DNA of 63,428 bases, the filler included. It is 6 parts of 6 records of this genome, joined end to end, with 100 filler letters (N's around TTAATTAATTAA, not from the genome) between each part and the next. Parts side by side here need not be neighbours in the genome. Positions count along the whole stretch, not along the records: positions 56,744 to 63,428 come from DRR723986_2383; 5 more parts are not named here. One strand, given 5' to 3'. Position 1 is the first letter of the stretch, and each line of letters starts with the position of its first letter. Positions 59,142 to 63,428 of this stretch are shown in pieces. A program made the translations under genes and the position numbers. The notes under the pieces are model-generated. The model was given only the letters and a program-made list of their open reading frames with translations. It was not told the origin of the DNA and did not search any database.

Positions 59142-59612
59142 TTATACCCGATGATAGGGACTGCCCGCCAAAATCGACGCGGCGCGGTAGAGTTGTTCGC
59201 TTAGCATCACGCGGGCGAGCATGTGGGGCCAGACCATGGCGCCGAAGCTCAGCACCATATCGGCCTGATCCACCAGAGCGGGGTCCAGCCCGTCGGCGCC
59301 GCCGATCAGGAAGGCGATGTCCTGTGCGCCCTGATCCCGGCGTTTGGCGAGCGCCCCGGCGAAATCGGGCGAGGACATCACCCGCCCGCGTTCATCGAGC
59401 GCGCAAGTAACCGCGCCGGTGGGAATGGCCTTGCGCAGCAGGTCAGCCTCTGCCGGTTTGCCGCCGCCTTTCTTGTCCTCGACCTCCACGACGCGCGCGG
59501 GGCCCAGGCCAAGTGCCCGCCCCGTCCGGTCGAACCGTGTCAGGTAGTCGGTAACAAGCTCTGCCTCGGGTCCGGCCCGAAGCCGGCCCACTACGCATAA
59601 GGTCACCCGCAT
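59142..59612 (-). CDS. rlmH: 23S rRNA pseudouridine-1915 N3-methyltransferase
   Basis: LDERG, FLIGGADG, WPHMLARVML.EQLYRA...PYHR. Confidence 0.96.
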   Translation of the reverse strand: MRVTLCVVGRLRAGPEAELVTDYLTRFDRTGRALGLGPARVVEVEDKKGGGKPAEADLLRKAIPTGAVTCALDERGRVMSSPDFAGALAKRRDQGAQDIAFLIGGADGLDPALVDQADMVLSFGAMVWPHMLARVMLSEQLYRAASILAGSPYHRV

Positions 59613-59619
59613 GAGAAGA

Positions 59620-60024
59620 TCAGACGCTGCCGGCGGGCAGCCACATCTTTTCAAGCTGGTAGAACTCCCGCACTTCGGGGCGGAAGACATGGACGATCAC
59701 ATCGCCCGCGTCGATCAACACCCAATCGCCGGTGTCCTTGCCTTCCATCCGGGCGGTGAGCCCAAAGGTTTCCTTCAGCCGCGCGACAAGCTTTTCGGAA
59801 ATCGCCGCCACCTGGCGCGAGGAGCGACCGGACGCGATGACCATATGGTCCGCCATCTGGGTCTTTCCGCGCAGGTCGATCTGGACGATCTCTTCCGCTT
59901 TGTCGTCGTCAAGGGATGCAAGAACCTCGGCAAGCAGGGTGTCGCTTGTCAGGTCTTTGGTCGGGCGCGTCATCTGCGCCACCGGTGCAGCCCCGGTGGT
60001 GGCTGCTTGAACAGGTCCAGTCAG
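59620..60024 (-). CDS. rsfS: ribosome silencing factor (start CTG 60024 or ATG 59973)
   Basis: LDDDKAEEIV.IDL, ASGRSSRQV, DWVLIDAGDVIVHVFRPEVREFYQLEKMW. Confidence 0.95.
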   Translation of the reverse strand: MTGPVQAATTGAAPVAQMTRPTKDLTSDTLLAEVLASLDDDKAEEIVQIDLRGKTQMADHMVIASGRSSRQVAAISEKLVARLKETFGLTARMEGKDTGDWVLIDAGDVIVHVFRPEVREFYQLEKMWLPAGSV

Positions 60025-60157
60025 GACGTGGTCCTCCTTCACAATACGCCGAAGATCCCCGGCGCCGGGATATGGCCAAGATAGCATTCGGGTGGGGCTG
60101 TCTCAACCAGCGGACTGATTCGCAAGCGGATTCAAACCGAATATTGTGGCCAATCGG

Positions 60158-60871
60158 TCAAAAAAGGCTGGCAGCAAGGGGGGCTAGCACCGCCGTCAGG
60201 ATCGCGTTCAGCCCCATTCCGATGCCGGAAAAGGCGCCTGCGGTCTCATTCACCTGAAATGCGCGGGCGGTGCCGATGCCATGCGCGGCGACCCCGACGG
60301 CAAAGCCGCGTGCCCGCCAGTCGCGGATGCGCAGCAGGTTCAGCAGGGGTGTTGCGACGATGGCACCGATGACCCCGGTCAACAGCACCATGACGGCGGT
60401 CAGGGCAGGGGCGCCGCCGATCCGTTCCGACACGCCCATGGCAACGGGGGCGGTGGCGGATTTTGGAGCGAGTGACAGGAGCGGTTCTATGTCGAGGCCG
60501 AGGGCGTACCCCACCCCAAGCGCAACCGTGATCGCAGTGGCAGACCCCGCCAGAAGCGCCGCCATCATCGGGACCAATGCCTTGCGCACCCGGCCCAGAT
60601 TGGCGTGTAGCGGAACTGCCAGCGCGACGGTGGCGGGACCAAGCAGGAAATGGACGAACTGCGCGCCTTCGAAATAGGTCTCATATGGGGTTGCAGTGGC
60701 CCAAAGTGTCACCGCCAGCATGATCACCGCCAACAGCACCGGGTTCGCAAGGGGGGCTCGGTTGGCCGACAGAGACAGGCGGTCAGCGGCGAGATAGGCC
60801 ATCAGGGTCAGCGTCAGCCAGACCAGCGGGCCTTCGGACAGGTAGGTCCATAATTGCCAGACGTCAGTCAT
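60158..60871 (-). CDS. LrgB/CidB family membrane protein
   Basis: LLGPATVALAVPL, PKSATAPVA, AHGIGTARA. Confidence 0.93.
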   Translation of the reverse strand: MTDVWQLWTYLSEGPLVWLTLTLMAYLAADRLSLSANRAPLANPVLLAVIMLAVTLWATATPYETYFEGAQFVHFLLGPATVALAVPLHANLGRVRKALVPMMAALLAGSATAITVALGVGYALGLDIEPLLSLAPKSATAPVAMGVSERIGGAPALTAVMVLLTGVIGAIVATPLLNLLRIRDWRARGFAVGVAAHGIGTARAFQVNETAGAFSGIGMGLNAILTAVLAPLAASLF

Positions 60872-61217
60872 CGGTTTGCCCCATCACCCGCGCAACGCCC
60901 ACGAAGACCAGGGTTCCAACGGTTATTGCCAGAACGGTGGACAGAACCAGCGCCGCAATCAGCGCCACGCCGTGATCGGCTATCAGATCCAGATGACCGA
61001 CGACGCCCACGCCAGCCGGCACGAAGAGCAGCGACAGGTGGCTTAGCAAACCATTCGCAGTCGAGCGGATCGCCTCGGCCAGACGAGGCAGGGCCAGCAT
61101 TGCGGTCAGCAACAGGACCATGCCCAGAACCGGCCCCGGAAGGGCGGGCAGCAGAGCGCGGCTGATGACCTCGCCCAACAGCTGGAAAGCCAGCAGAACG
61201 GTTATGTGGAAGATCAT
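60864..61217 (-). CDS. CidA/LrgA family protein
   Basis: LPGPVLGMVLL, LSLLFVPAGVGV. Confidence 0.92.
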   Translation of the reverse strand: MIFHITVLLAFQLLGEVISRALLPALPGPVLGMVLLLTAMLALPRLAEAIRSTANGLLSHLSLLFVPAGVGVVGHLDLIADHGVALIAALVLSTVLAITVGTLVFVGVARVMGQTDD

Positions 61218-61414
61218 CAAGGGCCCCTTCACCGGTTGCCGCCAGCCTCGATCTACCCCTATCGAACGGGGTCGGGGCGCGTCAAATGACAACGGTCGCC
61301 GGGGTCCGTAAAGCAGGACATTGCGGCCGTTGAAGCGTTGCGCAACCCTGCCCGGTCTCAAGGCGAAACCGCCGACCGTCCGGCTTGTGCGCTGTAGTGT
61401 CGTTCGGGAATGCA

Positions 61415-61444
61415 GAAACCCCGGCCGCTGAAGGCCGGGGTTTT
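61415..61444. terminator. intrinsic terminator downstream of the 61467-62660 gene
   Basis: AAACCCCGGCC/GGCCGGGGTTT perfect stem. Confidence 0.7.
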
Positions 61445-61466
61445 CCAGATTGGCCTGACGAAGGGA

Positions 61467-62660
61467 TCAGGCGGGAACTGCGTTTTTGGGCATTGGAGCA
61501 AAGTGCTTGCGGGCCAGCATCCAGACCAGGACGATCATCGCGACTTGCAGGGCTACGGCGATGCCCGAGATGGCCCAGTAGGCGACCGAATACTTGGCGA
61601 TGATGCCAGCGGCGACCAGACCCTTGTTCAGCCAGAAATGGGTCATGACGGACAGGGCGACACCGGGGCAGACCAGCGCATAGGATCCGGCAGAGGTTTC
61701 AGCACCGGTCACGAAGCGGGCGAGGTAGCCGACGCGGGACAGGACGGCCAGACCGAACAGAGCGAAGATCACTTCGATCGAGATCAGGCGGGTCAGCAGC
61801 ATCAGCGTGTCTGCGGCGGTGCCATGGGCCTCGAAGGTGGTGTGCAGCCCGTGGTTCTGGCGCAGCATGGCAATGCCGATCACGGTCATCAGCGGGATCA
61901 CCACCATCAGCGTCGGGGCGGCTTCGACATTGACGCCATGTTCCAGCATCGGACGCACGCTCATGACCAGGACGATCAGCGCAAGGATGATGGCGGCGGT
62001 CACGAAGAATGTGGACAACACGAGGCTGATCCCGACGGTCAGGGTCGCGGTCGACATGGCCGCCGGGGCGGCAAGGCCCACACCGATCATTGCCAGCGCA
62101 AAGGCGGGCAGCATCTGGGCGAAGCTGTTGTTGGCGGAACAGTCGAAGCCACCGGAATGAAGGCGTTCCTTTATGAAATGGCCCAGTTCGCGGAAGGCGA
62201 TCCAGCCAATGGCAAGGAAGGCGATCAGCGCGGCGGGGAACAGGTATTCGACGATGGTCCACAGGCCGGGCACGAAGGTCAGCCCGAGGATGAACATGGC
62301 GTTCACGGACATGGCCAGCGCCAGCGGCATCGCCAGAACCTGACTGCCCGCGTTGGATTTGGCGAAGGGTTCATAGGCGCTGGACCGGCGAAACTCTGCA
62401 AAGCGGCGCAGGTTGAAGGCCAGCAGCTTGAGGTTGAGAAAGCCGAACACGGCGATACCTGCCCATGCGGCGAGGATCATCGCCTGTTGCAGCAGGGTTC
62501 CGCCGGTCAGCATGGCCCATGCGTCTTCAAAAATCGGCACCGGGCGACCGGGATGCGGAACCCAGAACATCAGGTACATGAAGAAAGTGACAGTAAGGCC
62601 GCCCGCGCCGAGCGAGGCGAGGAAGTAAAGCGGCGAGTAGCGGTTTGCGGCGACGGTCAT
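61467..62660 (-). CDS. conserved integral membrane protein (tentatively TsoY-like)
   Basis: AGGAG RBS; about 10 TM segments; YSPLYFLASLGAGG, FDCSANNS, SYALVCPGVA; family name is from memory and unverified. Confidence 0.65.
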   Translation of the reverse strand: MTVAANRYSPLYFLASLGAGGLTVTFFMYLMFWVPHPGRPVPIFEDAWAMLTGGTLLQQAMILAAWAGIAVFGFLNLKLLAFNLRRFAEFRRSSAYEPFAKSNAGSQVLAMPLALAMSVNAMFILGLTFVPGLWTIVEYLFPAALIAFLAIGWIAFRELGHFIKERLHSGGFDCSANNSFAQMLPAFALAMIGVGLAAPAAMSTATLTVGISLVLSTFFVTAAIILALIVLVMSVRPMLEHGVNVEAAPTLMVVIPLMTVIGIAMLRQNHGLHTTFEAHGTAADTLMLLTRLISIEVIFALFGLAVLSRVGYLARFVTGAETSAGSYALVCPGVALSVMTHFWLNKGLVAAGIIAKYSVAYWAISGIAVALQVAMIVLVWMLARKHFAPMPKNAVPA

Positions 62661-62672
62661 TTCCGACACTCC

Positions 62673-62695
62673 TTTAATTGACGTTGGCAATTAAA
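62673..62695. promoter_or_regulatory. palindromic operator
   Basis: TTTAATTG-N7-CAATTAAA, perfect 8-bp arms, directly upstream of the RBS of the membrane-protein gene. Confidence 0.6.
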
Positions 62696-62802
62696 TACGC
62701 AGCCAGAAGGCGAGTCGCAACAATAAAGTTGACATCGTTAACTACCAAGGTGTCGCACCCTGTTTACCGGCTGTTAACCGCAGCAGATCCAGACTGCGGG
62801 GC

Positions 62803-62895
62803 ATGAAGAACGCTGTGCTTCCCCTGATCCTGCTGCTTGCCGCCTGTGACGGCCCCGCCCCCGCGGTGATGCGGGCCGATCTGGACTGCGGATAG
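62803..62895 (+). CDS. putative 30-aa lipoprotein
   Basis: MKNAVLPLILLLAACDGPAPAVMRADLDCG*; LAAC lipobox; weak RBS. Confidence 0.4.
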   Translation: MKNAVLPLILLLAACDGPAPAVMRADLDCG

Positions 62896-63023
62896 GCGAA
62901 AAAACGCATATATCTTGTGGATAATCCGCCGAAAACCGCCATATCGTGGGTCTGAACGTTGACTCACGCGCTTTGCCTGCCGGACACTGGTTGGAACGGG
63001 AATCAACAAGAACAGGCAGGCAC

Positions 63024-63428
63024 GTGCGGTTTTCGCGGCTCAGGCTCAACGGTTTCAAAAGCTTTGTCGATCCGACCGATCTGATCATCGCGGACGGGTT
63101 GACCGGTGTTGTGGGCCCAAATGGCTGTGGCAAATCCAACCTGCTGGAAGCGCTTCGTTGGGTGATGGGTGAAAACCGTCCGACCGCGATGCGGGGTTCC
63201 GGGATGGAGGACGTGATTTTCGCAGGCGCGTCCACCCGGCCCGCCCGCAATTTTGCCGAGGTCGCGCTGACCATCGACAACACCGAACGCCTTGCGCCCG
63301 CCAGTTTCAACGACACTGACAATCTGGAGATCATCCGCCGGATCACCCGCGACGCCGGGTCCGCCTTCAAGACCAATGGCACCGATGTGCGGGCGCGTGA
63401 TGTGCAGATGCTGTTTGCCGATGCCTCG
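63024..63428 (+). CDS. smc: chromosome segregation protein SMC, N-terminal fragment
   Basis: GTG start; [10 protein letters not shown]...[22 protein letters not shown]...MRG.GMEDVIF. Confidence 0.96.
   Translation, partial: MRFSRLRLNGFKSFVDPTDLIIADGLTGVVGPNGCGKSNLLEALRWVMGENRPTAMRGSGMEDVIFAGASTRPARNFAEVALTIDNTERLAPASFNDTDNLEIIRRITRDAGSAFKTNGTDVRARDVQMLFADAS

Noticed and set aside
62729..62741. TTGACATCGTTAA as an FNR box
   Set aside because: Spacer is 3 nt rather than 4 and the second half-site is poor.

Overview
The window is not one continuous locus. It is six contigs joined by artificial 100-bp spacers (44N-TTAATTAATTAA-44N), and composition and gene content suggest at least three organisms. 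(1) 1-12477 looks gammaproteobacterial (Marinobacter-like): a copper-resistance cluster (cupredoxin-copA-copB, a divergent two-component system, and a small operon with an HMA-like protein and an APC permease), then TetR, a hydrolase and an RND pump. (2) 12578-30392 is Rhodobacteraceae-type housekeeping DNA (peptide ABC transporter operon, asd, carbonic anhydrase, leucyl aminopeptidase, polA 3' end). (3) 30493-37154 carries rimO, a CII-like/LuxR-solo gene pair, tdk, a lytic transglycosylase and a metallophosphoesterase. (4) 37255-48496 holds an RcGTA-type gene transfer agent head-tail cluster (g1 to partial g13), an aminotransferase and the ndk 3' end. (5) 48597-56643 has an aromatic FAD oxidoreductase, cysG behind an ANTAR-like RNA leader, an ASKHA corrinoid activator, DsrE and a CoA transferase. 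(6) 56744-63428 has the fadH 5' end, an IS5-family element in an accessory patch, rlmH, rsfS, lrgAB, a membrane protein and the smc 5' end. The best leads are non-coding or recoding signals: a three-copy TTCAG-N6-TTCAGGTT box tying an uncharacterised APC-permease operon to the copper two-component system, a prfB-like CTT-TGA-C site that would fuse GTA g10 and g10.1, a dual ANTAR hairpin leader on a stand-alone cysG, a candidate CA-rich sRNA after asd, and a possible Tn7-like end. All product names come from motif recognition; no database searches were run.
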